Source: Eledone cirrhosa
Lineage: Eukaryota
Direction of reading: 5' to 3'
Assembly (NCBI GenBank): GCA_964016885.1
Contig: OZ024750.1
Coordinates: 6,510,001-6,574,000 of the forward strand
Length of the DNA stretch: 64,000 nucleotides
Positions 27,587-41,150 of the stretch are shown here, one piece after another. The translations under genes and the position numbers were made by a program. The notes under the pieces were generated by a model. The model was not told the DNA's origin. It saw nothing but the letters and a program-made list of their open reading frames with translations, and did not search any database. The first letter of the stretch is position 1. Every line of letters begins with the position of its first letter.

Positions 27587-28085
27587 AACATGGGCTTTGC
27601 TCCTAGAGAGTTCCCCACCGAGACACAAACCTGTGAAACGTGTTTTTGTGGAAGACTGGCAGTCACTCATGCATACCAGTAACTCCTCTTAACGCCACCA
27701 AATTTATTCTGCAGAATGAAAAACAAAACCCATCAAACGGTGGAGGAACTCAAGAGAGTCAATGACCATCCAATAAAGTTTTTTTTTTTTTTTTTTGTAG
27801 CTAGAGAGACTCCTGGTCTTCATTAAGACATCTCTCTAGGAGAAGGTCACTCTGATATAAAACCTGCGACTTCATTTGCATCCAATGATGTAGACCAGTT
27901 CTTCTTTTTGGGTAAATGCAATCGATGTTCAGAGAGTGGGATTGGCCCCATGCAAATCCTTTCCTCACTTAAAAATATTCAAGCACAGGCATCACTTGGA
28001 ATGTGACATTTTTTACGATGCATAGTATTGCTGGCCACAGGCAAGCCCCTAGCAGGACTAAAAAACCACGACCGTGATGCTCATG
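27587..28085 (+). mobile_element. Possible RTE-clade LINE 5' UTR remnant
   Basis: TCTAGGAGAAGGTCACTCTGATATAAAACC and GGAAGACTGGCAGTCACTCATGCATACCAG resemble RTE 5' UTR text as recalled; no ORF seen. Confidence 0.4.
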
Positions 28086-28468
28086 CTTAAGTATCAAACG
28101 ATGGCATTACTCAAAATCAAGTTGCGGCCATCATGTATGTATATATATGTGTATGTATGGATGGATGGGGGATGGGTGTATGTATGGATGTGTGTGTGTT
28201 TGTGTGTATGTATGTGTATGTGTGTATTTAGCTTCCATATTATATGTTGGTTATTTCCTCTATCTGTATGTACATATACCAAATTTTCTGTTTACAAAAG
28301 TTTAATGTTTTATTATTGTTTATATATATGATTGTGTTTCGCGCGCGTTCCAGGTCTGCTTGGCTCATCTCCGGTTGCCATGACAGTAGCTGTCTATGAT
28401 TCCTGCTTTATTCTATCACAGTCATCAATCATTCATTTAGACTGGTAAAAATGTCTAGCTTCAGAATC

Positions 28469-28520
<52 letters not shown>

Positions 28521-28525
<5 letters not shown>

Positions 28526-28553
28526 CAGGGTTCAATTGAGGGTAACTACAATT
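28521..28553 (-). repeat. Family D terminal stub between (GA)n and (TA)n
   Basis: Reverse complement TGTAGTTACCCTCAATTGAACCCTGGAT aligns to 57129-57156. Confidence 0.55.
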
Positions 28554-29569
28554 ATATATATATATATATACTGGGGTGTTATAGAGAACGTTTTGCATAG
28601 AATACACGAATAAGATATATATATATATGTGTGTATATACGTAATACATACATACATACATACATACATACATACATACATACATACATACATACATACA
28701 TACTTGTATTCTCTTGAACAAATCACCTGGGATTATCAAAGGGTTGTTTTCTTTCATTGTCTACTTTTATTTAGGAGTAAAAACAAGCAAAGATATTTAT
28801 ACATTAAGTAAATTATATAAATACATATACATAGGATTGAAGTGTATATTTCACAGATGTCTTTCAGCGATGCAAACATTAACTTGCATGCAAAGGGTGC
28901 ATACACCATTTTAACCCCATTAAAACATCAATACAGCACTTGAAACCTCTTTATACAGAAGGTACTTCTTCTTTTTTTATTTTCAAAATATGCGTGCTAC
29001 AGTTTCATATGAGAATACAAACACAACAGCTGAGTAATTGAACCACTAAAGGGCTTTGATATATTTTAGCAGCAGTATCAATCTCATATGTTTGTTTTAA
29101 TAACAAAGCAATTACTGAAAATAACGATCAAAGTTGAGTCATCTCTGTTTTGTATCTAGTAGTTTGTTTTCGTCACTTGTTATCCCAAGAGTCATGTCAT
29201 GTACTGAGATGTTGTTGTTGGTGTTGTTGGTGTTGTTGGTGTTTGTAGTGGGTTTCACTGTGTATTGAGGTATATTTTATACTGAGCTTCTGCAAGTTTC
29301 TCCATCCTACAACAAGGTTTCAATCTTGCACTAAAAACGTTAAAGAGCCGATCGTCAGATTGGACCAGGTAAATGTTGTTGATATTATATGGGAAGAGGG
29401 GTGGGGGGGGTGTCACAATCTCCTAGCAAAGGGCGCAACATATAATAAACTATTTTTCTGAAGAACACAACGCACTGCCAAGTCAAGGAATCGAACCCAT
29501 GACCTTATTTATGATCGTACATTTCACTAAAACTATGTCGCAAATATATCAGACGCAACATGAAAGACA

Positions 29570-29652
29570 TTTCTATATTAAACTTGATGTTTACACTCTA
29601 CTAATGTATTGAGTACCTTACTAACTGTGGCTACCCCTGATTGGACCCGGAA
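29570..29652 (+). mobile_element. Family D (putative PLE 3' end)
   Basis: TTTCTATATTAAA..GTATTGAGTACCTTACTAACTGTGGCTACCCCTGATTGGACCCGG aligns with 57079-57156; CACTCTACTA..GTATTGAGTAC is shared with family C. Confidence 0.6.
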
Positions 29653-29758
<106 letters not shown>

Positions 29759-29950
29759 TAAAAATATATATATATAGCTCTGATTAATGATTATTTGCTT
29801 AATTAATTCTTCATTGAGCCACACCGTCGTTGCCAAACTCATATATATATCTGTGATTATGTCTAATTATATATATATACCCCTTTGAATTTAATATATA
29901 TGTTTATATATATATATATACATATATGTTTATCATTGATTGCCCAGCAA

Positions 29951-30001
<51 letters not shown>

Positions 30002-30303
30002 TTATTTATTTATTTATTTATTTATAGTTGTTATTGGTCCTATCATCATCATCATTGTCATCTACTGTCATCGTTATCTTAATAATCATCGTCATTGTTA
30101 TCACAAATGATATATATATACATATATTTGTTTTGCTGGTCAATCAATGATAAACATTGATTGCCAAATAAATTAACTATGGAGATATAAAAGATACAGA
30201 AGCGAAAACCAACCAAAAAGTGAGTGAGTTCTGTTATTATAATTTCTGGCAATATTACAACAATATGACCCTCCCCAAGTATAACAATATATATATATAT
30301 ATA

Positions 30304-30516
30304 TAGAAGTGGTTACACAACAGTTAGTTCACCATACTGAGAACAATTGTTTCACTTTAGCGGATCCTCAGCTCGTACGATTCCGAGCTGAGGATCCGCT
30401 AAGGTGAAACAATTGTTCTCGGTATGGTGAACTAACTGTTGTGTAACCACTTCTACCTAACTCGTCTCATGGACTGAGTGCTCTACCACTACGGATATTA
30501 CCTTCCAGTGTTCCAC

Positions 30517-30520
<4 letters not shown>
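30304..30520 (+). mobile_element. (TA)n-flanked PLE pLTR fragment with 72-bp-arm fold-back
   Basis: Arms 30304-30375 and 30384-30455 differ at 2 positions with an 8-nt loop; contains a hammerhead; (TA)n on both sides. Confidence 0.8.
30383..30422 (+). ncRNA. Minimal type I hammerhead ribozyme
   Basis: CCGAG-CTGAGGA-TCCGCTAAGGT-GAA-ACAATTGT-T-CTCGG: 5-bp stem I, intact CUGANGA and GAAA core, palindromic stem III, GUU cleavage site after 30417. Stem II is weak. Confidence 0.75.
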
Positions 30521-30607
<87 letters not shown>

Positions 30608-30610
<3 letters not shown>

Positions 30611-30699
30611 CGAAGGAAGTGTGGTAAGGAACCAGGTGGACCATAACGCACCAAAGTACTCAATACTTAGGGTAGTAGAGTGGGTGATAGGAACGAGTA
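30608..30699 (-). mobile_element. Family C truncated copy without fold-back, (TA)n on both sides
   Basis: Nearly identical to 11971-12062 (about 3 substitutions). Confidence 0.85.
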
Positions 30700-30923
30700 T
30701 ATATATATATATATACACCAGCTTCTCTTGGATGATAAACGATGATAAACGAAAAAACTGTCATGCTGAAAGGCTTTACTGTGTGTGAGGGCTATAATTT
30801 CCTTGGTATATAATTTCATAAATCCATTGCTTAAAACGTGTTTGAAAATATTTGTATCAAAGGGAAGAGGTCGACTATAAAAAGTCACACATATACATAT
30901 TTGTGTGGGTGTGTATGTAGATA

Positions 30924-30958
<35 letters not shown>

Positions 30959-31909
30959 ATATTTGTATGTACGTATGTATTTTGGAGTGATGACTAGTGT
31001 TTCCATGTGTTTATGTGTCTATATTATGTATCTGTATGTATATAAGTATGTATATAAGCATGTATGTATTATGTGTGTGTCTGTATATGTATGTATGCAT
31101 GTATGTGTATCTATGAATGAAAGATAGGACAAATGTATTGTGAAGGTAGAGGCGATACATCTTAATTGCTTACTACTAAATATTACACAGATGAATGACA
31201 CTGGTAGATGAAAAGCAAATAGAATATAGCCTTACTAATTAAGCAAGAAGTGTGTACACGTGTGTGTCTCAGGCCCGCATATATTTATATATGTATATAT
31301 GTGTGAGCGTGTAAGGGCTAGTGTGTATGTGAGAGATAGATGGTGTTTTGTGACTAACTGTCCTGTCAGTTTCACTGTCAGTCAGCCGACGTCTGGACTA
31401 CCGGCCGACACGGTTTTTAACTATGATTCTAATATCTTGATAACAATTCACCAGATTTATACTTTACGGTTATACGTTTCTAATCCTCAAATGTGCCATT
31501 GGATAAGGGAAGGCAGCGTAGAAAGGGAGAATATAAGGAAAGGGGTGTAATATATATATATAAATAAATTATATATATATTATATATATATATATTAATT
31601 ATATATATATATATAATAAATTAATAGATAAAAATATAGGATGGGTTGCTTAGATGTGCACATCTGGTGTGGAAAGGATTCTAGTTTGACAAGAACTCCC
31701 AATGGACTTTCCCGCATAGTGATTCATTATAGAGTCACGTGCCAAATTGTACGATAGGCCTTAGTTTTAAGTACAGTGTCGATTCTGCTCTATGTCTTCT
31801 GTGTTTGTCTATCTATATATCTATTTTCTAATCTCTCTTGTTCCCATTCTCTCTGTAACCCCACCTCTCTCTCTATATATATATATATATTTGTATTATC
31901 TAACAGTAC

Positions 31910-31984
<75 letters not shown>

Positions 31985-32404
31985 GTAAAGGGTCGTGTCT
32001 GTTTATGGATATTTCGCAGACCCTCCCCAGTCGGGGGAGATCGTCGCGATTAACGGTCACCTCGAAATATTTGGAGGTCGACATAAAAACAGATGCAGGG
32101 GAGAAGTTCCAATGGGCCGAGGTTGTATGGACACACGACTGAGTATACTGGTTAGTACGATACTAAGGAAGTTAGACACAGTACATGCGACGAAAGGAAA
32201 GATTTGTGGATCTTGAATGCTTTATAGTAAGCACGATAGCCACCAATTCCAAGGATCAGAGCTGTCCAGTAGTAGGAGTAGAAGAGGCAGATAAGAGACA
32301 ACACAACCGTGACCTTCCATATGGAGTGTATCAACCTCTTTTCAACACCGAACTTACACTTTTCCAGGATTCAAAGACTCATTTTTATTTATTTATTTCG
32401 TTAT

Positions 32405-32626
32405 TCATTTATACGTCTCTTTACGTTCTGAGTTCAAATCCCGCCGAGGTGGTCTTTGACTTTCATCCTTGCAGGGTCGATGAGATAAAGTACCAGTGAT
32501 GCACTGGGGTCGATTTGATCGACCTTCCCTTTCTCCAAAATTGTTGGCCTTGTACCTATATAAGAAACCATGTACCAGTAATACACTGGAATAATTGCTG
32601 GCCTTGTACCTAACTCAGAAACCATT
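32405..32626 (+). mobile_element. SINE family B long form followed by a short-form tail
   Basis: GAGTTCAAATCCCGCCGAGG..GTACCAGTGATGCACTGGGGTCGATTTGATCGAC..; second GTACCAGTAATACACTGG tail at 32572. Confidence 0.88.
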
Positions 32627-32681
32627 ATTTAGAACTTAAATTTTAGAAAATACTACAGCATATATATTTATTTCCCACCCC

Positions 32682-32751
<70 letters not shown>

Positions 32752-33054
32752 GTGTGTGTGTAATTAAGTGAGAGTGAGAGATGATGATACTGAGGAGGGG
32801 TCAATTCTGAGTGTGTCAAATTGCTTTTATTCATTATATGCATTGTAACGTTTTATTCCAATAGAAATAACTGAATTGAAATTATTATTAATAGCAATTA
32901 TTTTTTTTTTTAAATCTAAAGCTTAGAATAGGAAGAAGAATATGGCAGAGACAGTTATGTCAGTTCTGAATGAGATGTAATAATTTCTCATGTAATTGCT
33001 ATTTTGGACAGAAAAAAATATTGGAAGAATTCTCACACAAGGTAACCATCACAC

Positions 33055-33165
33055 ACACGCCGATATTAACATGCACACGTGCAAACAGACACACGTGCAA
33101 ACAGACACACGTGCACACACACACATATTAACATGCACACGTGCAAACAGACACACGTGCACACA
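33055..33165. repeat. Short tandem duplication of CACACGTGCAAACAGA-containing units
   Basis: ATATTAACATGCACACGTGCAAACAGACACACGTGCA occurs twice. Confidence 0.85.
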
Positions 33166-33172
33166 CATACAC

Positions 33173-33208
<36 letters not shown>

Positions 33209-33267
33209 TTGTGTATGTGTGTTTGTCTTTGTGTATGTGTGTGTGTTTGAATATGTGCGTGTGTGTT

Positions 33268-33320
<53 letters not shown>

Positions 33321-33899
33321 ACAAACAAATACGCCTAAATTGATAATTAAAACCATTTACCATGTCGAAAAATAGAGAAAAGAAACATCTTTATATCAAC
33401 CTCTAATTTTTTTACTGTATTATTGCATTATCATCATTTCGTTTTATTTTGTTGTATTTTCAAAATATGTATTTATTTACTGTTGCTGTTGTTATTATAT
33501 TTTATTATCTGAAGCATCGTTATACAACATTTGCATTTGAAAATGTCGATAAAATCTTTAATTATGGCGGGGTGACATGCTTGCTAGACGGACAATTTTG
33601 AATAGAATTGGGTGGAGAAGAGGAAATTGATTTACGAGGGAAATATCATAAAATCTGTTGGAGTAAAACACCAACAACAACAAATATAACAATAATAATA
33701 ATAATAATAATAATAATGATAATAATAATATTGATAATGATAATAATAATATTTAATAACGTTTGAGAATAAACTTGGCAACCCACGGGGGACGGAAAGC
33801 AGCTCGACTTGTGGTTAAGGGTTTCGTCATATCTAGATCCTCCCTCTGTGGCACTCTTCCAATACTATTACCTTTTATTTGCATCATTTTACATGTTTT

Positions 33900-33928
33900 C
33901 ATATATATATATATACACATTCATATAC

Positions 33929-33995
<67 letters not shown>

Positions 33996-34004
33996 GATAT
34001 GTAC

Positions 34005-34087
<83 letters not shown>

Positions 34088-34124
34088 TTCATATACATAT
34101 ATATATATACATATAGATATGTAC

Positions 34125-34185
<61 letters not shown>

Positions 34186-34223
34186 TTCATATACATATAT
34201 ACATATAGATATGTACAATTTTG

Positions 34224-34257
<34 letters not shown>

Positions 34258-34365
34258 TTCATATACATATATATATATACATATAGATATGTACAATTTT
34301 ATATATATATACATCCATATACACATATATACGTATGGATATGTACAATTATATATTGTATATAT
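33900..34365. repeat. (TA)n(CA)n array punctuated by ATAGATATGTACAATT anchors (about 5)
   Basis: Direct inspection. Confidence 0.9.
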
Positions 34366-34513
34366 GTGTATTTTTAAATATCTATAAATATATTTCTATT
34401 CAACCCTTTTAAACTTAACTTATTTTCGGAAGTTTTTTTAAAACATTTTTGTTTTTATTTGATTGTTATTTTTTCTTGCATGTAAGACTCACGATGAAAA
34501 CATAATAATCGAG

Positions 34514-34545
<32 letters not shown>

Positions 34546-35544
34546 TATTGAGTCAATATGTAATATTGACCTTGAGGTTATTTTGAGGTTTGTATGTAAG
34601 ATAAGGCGTTGTAGTTTGACTGTCCTCTAGGATTTACAAGTCGAAGATAATGGATCAATTGCCAATATCTTTATCTAAGCAATACTACTGTGAATTGCTC
34701 ACCAAATTCGATATAATCTCCACAAACATGGTAGCTTCGACAGAACAGCTATGCTACAAACATGGCGAAGTTAGACAAATGAATCTTCTTGCCGACATCT
34801 TTACCACAACCGCCGCCGCCGCCATCACCATCACCATCACCACCACCACCACTACCATGATCATCATTATATAAGTAGCAAGTTCGTATTGCTGTCATGT
34901 TAAACTAAGCACTCTGTAAGCATATAATAAATCACTGACTTTGGCAATGAATGATTCGGTTGTTGACTTTCAAATATGTTGGAAACTAAAGGGTATCTTA
35001 AATGTTCATGGAGGAACAAGGTTAAGCTTAATCCGTCACCTTATTTAACAACATGAGCTGGCAGACCTTCGGTACATTTGACAGAGTCTACACAGCGGTG
35101 CGAATATTTTAGAATGTTTTCTGGTTTTCGAATAATCCATGAGTTAGTTTGTTCGTCTTCTTCAAACCAGCTAGTCACTGAAACGCTGTAATAAGTGTCA
35201 CCCTTCCTCAACTGACTAAGCCATTAAAAATAAGTAAAGGTATGATTGTCACTTATCTCCCTTTTTCACCCTCTTCTTGACTTTTCAATGAAGCCTTTTA
35301 TTTTATTTATTCATTTATTGCGTCATTCACATACTTTCATTTTCTTCGACATTTCTCTTCTGTTTATGTCATCTGATGTCGAGTTTTAAACATTTAATCA
35401 CATTTCCAAATAAAATCCTATTTTCCGAAAGCGATCGATGAATGTACCGATCAAAAGTTGAAGTCGTTAATCCCGAATTAAAGTTACTAGGTAACAGGAC
35501 TATAGTAACACATGCACTTGTTTCGTGTTGATAGACGAAGGGTT

Positions 35545-35845
35545 AAAAGTTTAGCGTCGGAATCATTAGGTCCCTGGTTCAATCTCACCACATGGCATTT
35601 CAGATAATTGTCTTTTAACATAGATTCGGTTCAACCCAAGCTTTGTAAGTGAAATTTGGTGGACGGAAACTGTTTGAAAGCCCGTTGGGTGGACTATATC
35701 TGTAACTCAAAAGATTTGTCACACATTGTGTCACGCTGAATATCTTTAAAATTACGTTATTGTGAGTATCATGCTGCATAATCCGTTGTCGTATATGGTG
35801 GATTATGTATGACCGTCTGGACATGTTGCATTCTCTGTTTGACCA
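35545..35845 (+). mobile_element. Diverged SINE, family G head joined to tail type 2
   Basis: GGTTCAATCTCACC B-box, AAATTTGGTGGACGGAAACTG, then TTGTCACACATTGTGTCACGCTGAAT tail. Confidence 0.6.
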
Positions 35846-36879
35846 GTCTGGTATTGTACGCCTGTAGATTCTGGTAGTGGGCGCGACAGAGGCGGCAAAA
35901 GTAGACTCGATTTGAACACATCATACCACTATACATCTCAACACGGTCACGTGACTTGCATTCAAATTTCCAACCATTATTTACAAAATGGAGGAATGTG
36001 CAGGATAAATTAATGATTAATATAACAAAAAAGAAGATGAATGGTCACGGCTTGTGAGAGGAAAGATGTAAGTTATTTATAGTGATGCGCTCTGGACCTT
36101 TAAGGGGTGTAAGGACGTCATGTCAAAACTATTGCTGTTTCTTACATGTTTCTTATGCTTAATGACTACACATGCCATCTCTATTTCCTCTCGATGATAA
36201 TCACTGACATGCAAAAGAAAGTAAAACAGACAGACAGTCTGACTGACTAGGAGGTGAGATAGACGAAGAAAAAGAAAGGAAGATATACAAAGAGGTGGAG
36301 AAGATTAGGTACACTGACAGTTATAATTTATAATGACTCAGATAGACAGCTGGGGGCTCGGGCATGATAGAGAGAAACTATGATAGAAATAAGAGAGAAA
36401 AAAATGCAAAGTTAGAGGTCAAGAGAAGTTAAATATTCTTACAAAAAGTATCAGAGAAGATGGATAGAAACATTGACAGAGACGAACAAAAAGAGATGGC
36501 GGGGACAAAGCATTAAAAAAATGGAGGGAAACCCACTGATAAAGAAATGATAGGAAAACTAAACGGAAATAGAGGAGGACAGTCAGAGCAGAAGTTATGC
36601 TGGGATAGAAATAAGACAAGCAGATAGACTAAAGAAAAGGTGATAGAGAAAATAGGCGAATTGTACAGTGGTGGTGGGTGGAGGGAAAGGTGAGACACTT
36701 ATCTTGCTGGAGTTTCCATAAGTCATCAGTTAGTTCCTAAGCCTACGTTTGATTTTAACAATCCACGACAAGTAGTTTTAGGGTAAGGGCATCAAAGTAC
36801 GAAACAGCCACAGGCTTGACAGAAATAAAGTGTTAATGAGCTTAAGATAAATATTAATCAGTAAGTAGTATTCTTACAT

Positions 36880-37450
36880 TGGTACGGTGCCACAACTTTT
36901 GGTATAAAGGATCTAGTCAATTTAATTGAACCTCAGTATACTACGTACATTTTTTATAAACCCCCGAGACGAGAAAAGGTAAAGCCGAGATTTGAACTTT
37001 GAGCGGTTTAAATAAATAGCGCATAGTCTTTTGTCCGTTTTTCTATCGATTTTATCACCAACTGGATGATTTATAATTTAGATACGAGCCCCCAGTGCAT
37101 TATTGGTGCTTTATTTATCGACCCAGTAAAGATGAAAAGCAAAGCTAACCTCGGTGGTATTTCAATTCAGAACGCAAAGAGCCGTAACTCTATGCCGCAA
37201 AACATTTTGTCCGATGTTCTAATGATAATTGTTTCTACTTTTTGGCACAAGGCCAGCAATTAATCCAGTGTATTACTGGTACTTTATTTTATCGACCCCG
37301 TAAGAATGAAAGGCAAAGTTAACCTCGGCGGGATTTGAACTCATATCGTAAAGGGACATAACTACGCTGGAAAGCATGTCTGACCCTCTACCAATACTGC
37401 CAATCTAATGATAATGATTTCTAATTTAGGCACAAGACCAGCGATGTTGG
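36880..37450 (-). mobile_element. Cluster of 3-4 same-orientation SINE family B copies
   Basis: Best copy 37228-37403 (short form); others at about 36880-37060, 37085-37222 and 37415-37445. Confidence 0.82.
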
Positions 37451-37684
37451 TGGGTGTAGGCGGTCTCTGTGTTAGACATACCGTTAAAACTCCGTTAGGG
37501 TTGAGTAAAGGAGGATAAAAGGTAGAATTGACATCGGCGAGATCGTATTTAACACGTATAGAATCGTAACTACATAAGTGAATATTTGGTTTAGTGATCT
37601 ACCGATTTTATCATTCGACACACAATTCAGGTACGGCGCGTCTAGGCGGTCTTTCGACACACACGATTCTTGTACAGTGGCTCT

Positions 37685-37855
37685 AAGGTGGTCATTCGAC
37701 CTGTTAGAAATAGCTAGTATATTCCCCTCCGATCAAAAAGCACCACCTTAAAACAAAGAATATATAAAAACAACGTGGTCGGAATGTCTTTGATCATAAG
37801 TCTGCTGAAACCGGAAAACCCTGGAGTTAACCATCAACAACTACAACAACAACAA
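37685..37855 (+). repeat. Dispersed repeat family F (SINE-like 3' region ending in (CAA)n)
   Basis: GACCTGTTAGAAATAGC is shared with 6530 and 56940; GGAATGTCTTTGATCATAAGTCT is shared (inverted) with 44298 and 44672. Confidence 0.6.
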
Positions 37856-37965
37856 TCGTTTTCTCACATTAAATATTTCTGCATTGTTGACACACTTGCT
37901 TACCATCGTCTCAGTTTACCATCCTCCAATAATTATTAACATACCAGATTCTTTCACTCTCTCCG

Positions 37966-38041
<76 letters not shown>

Positions 38042-38224
38042 ACTCATTCACTCACTCACACTCTCTCTCTCTTTATATATATATATATATATATATATCC
38101 CTCTCTCTCTGACATACACACACACACATATACACTCGCACACATTCACACACACATATACACACACTCTCTCTCTCCCTCTCTCTCGCCTTCTCCCCCT
38201 CTCCCCACTCCCCCTACCCCCTCT

Positions 38225-38260
<36 letters not shown>

Positions 38261-38713
38261 AACACACCCACCCACACACAACCACTATTGTCCTTTCCTC
38301 AGCAGATGTGAACATTTCCTTCAAAGTTAACGAGCAAAGAGAACAATTATACTCAACTACTTCGGAACCAACAAAGTGTATAGTGGTATCTCTACTTCGA
38401 ATCACTGATTATGTTACTAACTGTTTAAGCAGGGCTCCAAGAGACCTGAAGATTTTAACCAAAACCTCAACCTATCCTATTGTCTTGAACCGTGGAACGT
38501 ATTGAAATAGACTCAATAAGTACCAATAACCTGATTGCTGCCTCTGTCTTTGTCGTCTCTTCCGCTCTCCCCATCTCTCGCTGTTATAAGCAAATGGAGG
38601 ACCCATGCGCTGGCCTCCCCACGGACCTGGTGGACAGGATAGACTAGGCGTTTCCCCGGAGGAATAAAATACATATATATGCGTGTGTGTGTATGTGTGT
38701 GTATGTGTGTGTG

Positions 38714-38780
38714 TCAATACTCATCTTTTTCCATTTCTTAGAGGGTTCTAAACCCTATTATCGGGCTAAAATTTCTTAAG
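38714..38780. repeat. Dispersed repeat family E
   Basis: Inverted homologue of 23556-23626. Confidence 0.8.
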
Positions 38781-38807
38781 TCAAAAACACAGCGAAACCT
38801 TTTTCTA

Positions 38808-38839
<32 letters not shown>

Positions 38840-38858
38840 ATATATATGTGTGTGTGTG

Positions 38859-38889
<31 letters not shown>

Positions 38890-39314
38890 ATATATATATA
38901 TGTGTGTGTGTGTGAATATATACATACGTTATATATATATAATATCACCAGGCAGTGCACTCGTACACCAAGCCAGCACCAAAGCAACAAACGTCACAGT
39001 CAAACTATTTACTTATCGCTGATACGTCATGTCAAAATATTTCAAGTCGGTTGCTAACTAATGAGAAACAGATACAGCATATTCCTCCCTCTATCTTCCG
39101 CTTCTAATAAAACCATACTATATCAACAACAACAACTACAAGAATCATTTCATCCAGAAGATGTGAATGGAAAGTTCTTGAAAGATCGATGAACCTTGAA
39201 AATTTATTATTCGATACAAATCACAAAGGACTGATAATTAATTGTAAAAGTTCTTTAGGACAAATATTAACATAAAATGTTTAAAAAATGGAATATAGTG
39301 ATTTCAATTATATA

Positions 39315-39345
<31 letters not shown>

Positions 39346-39348
39346 TTA

Positions 39349-39415
<67 letters not shown>

Positions 39416-39566
39416 GTGTGTTCCTATGCATGTATGTATTATTGGAATCAAGACAATAATTTAATTTTAACCACATATACAAATGTATGTGTATATGTGT
39501 GTGTGAGTTTGTGTAGGTAGATATTTATAAATATATACATGTATATACATCTCTCTCTCTCTCTCT

Positions 39567-39638
<72 letters not shown>

Positions 39639-39830
39639 TGCCCCAAGAAACCGAGTATTCTATAATTAGGCCATCATTTCAACATACATTAATAAAATGT
39701 TAAATACCACAACTGTTCCCTATTAAGAAACGTCAGCATTTCGTTCGATTAACCTATGTAATAAATTAATTTAGCCGAAAATATTCCGTTTATTTTCCTT
39801 TCATACATATATATATAATATATATGTATG

Positions 39831-39954
<124 letters not shown>

Positions 39955-40100
39955 AAAATAACAGTGTAAAGCTGTAAAGATATTTACCCCCGGGGAAATA
40001 AAAACACTGCTTCTGTGTTCAAACATTAGTTTCGTCTGAGGCAATAAACTACATTAGATTTTGAGAACAATGAACACAAGCTTGTGGCTGTAAATATAGC

Positions 40101-40101
40101 T

Positions 40102-40145
<44 letters not shown>

Positions 40146-40309
40146 CATTTGTATATATATATATAAACATTTGTATATATATATATATAAACATTTGTAT
40201 ATATATATATAAACATTTGTATATATATATATATATAAACATTTGTATATATATGTAAACATTTGTACATATATATATATAAACATTTGTATATATATAT
40301 ATAAACATT

Positions 40310-40370
<61 letters not shown>

Positions 40371-40408
40371 ATTCGTGTATATATATAGATATAGACATAT
40401 AAAGATTC

Positions 40409-40474
<66 letters not shown>

Positions 40475-40560
40475 ATTCGTATATATATATATATATATAA
40501 AGATTCGTATATATATATATACATATATATTTATAAAGATTCGTATATATATATATATAC
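40101..40560. repeat. (TA)n array with 8 AACATTTG anchors, then 5 AAAGATTCG anchors
   Basis: Direct count. Confidence 0.92.
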
Positions 40561-41103
40561 ATATATATGTATGTATATGTTTGCCTATGTATGTATATGT
40601 ACACAGGCATGTGCACACAAAACACACACGCTCACATACACATACACACATGCTCACTCGTGTATTAAAGCATACGGTTACATTCTTTGTCTCCTTAATA
40701 GGTTTAGAACACGATATTAGAACTTTATTTAACACACACACACACATATACACACACAAGTATTCACTCACACATATGCACACACGTATACACTCACACA
40801 TATGCACACACACACGTATACACACACACACATATACACACACACAAATAGATAGATAGATTCATAGATAGAGAGACAGATAGATAGAAAGATAGATAGA
40901 TAGATAGATAGATAAATACATAGACAGACAGACAGACAGGCAGACATATAGATAGCTAGTTAGATACATAGATAGCTACATATATAGATAGATATGTTTC
41001 TATATTAGCCACAGGGGCACAAAAGAAGGGGACAAATACAAAGGGGGAAGTTTACATACAATAAAACTATAAATAGATAGCTGCATAGATAGTTAGATGG
41101 GTG

Positions 41104-41150
<47 letters not shown>

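Noticed and set aside
30304-30455. microRNA precursor
   Set aside because: The stem is too long and perfect, and an inverted retroelement duplication explains it better; siRNA production is not excluded.
31985-32380. Possible RTE LINE 3' coding remnant
   Set aside because: Only a faint LYGH-like resemblance with many stops; not supportable.
36708-36730. CTGATGA-CTTATG-GAAAC on the minus strand
   Set aside because: One-pair stem II and no stem I or III; expected by chance.
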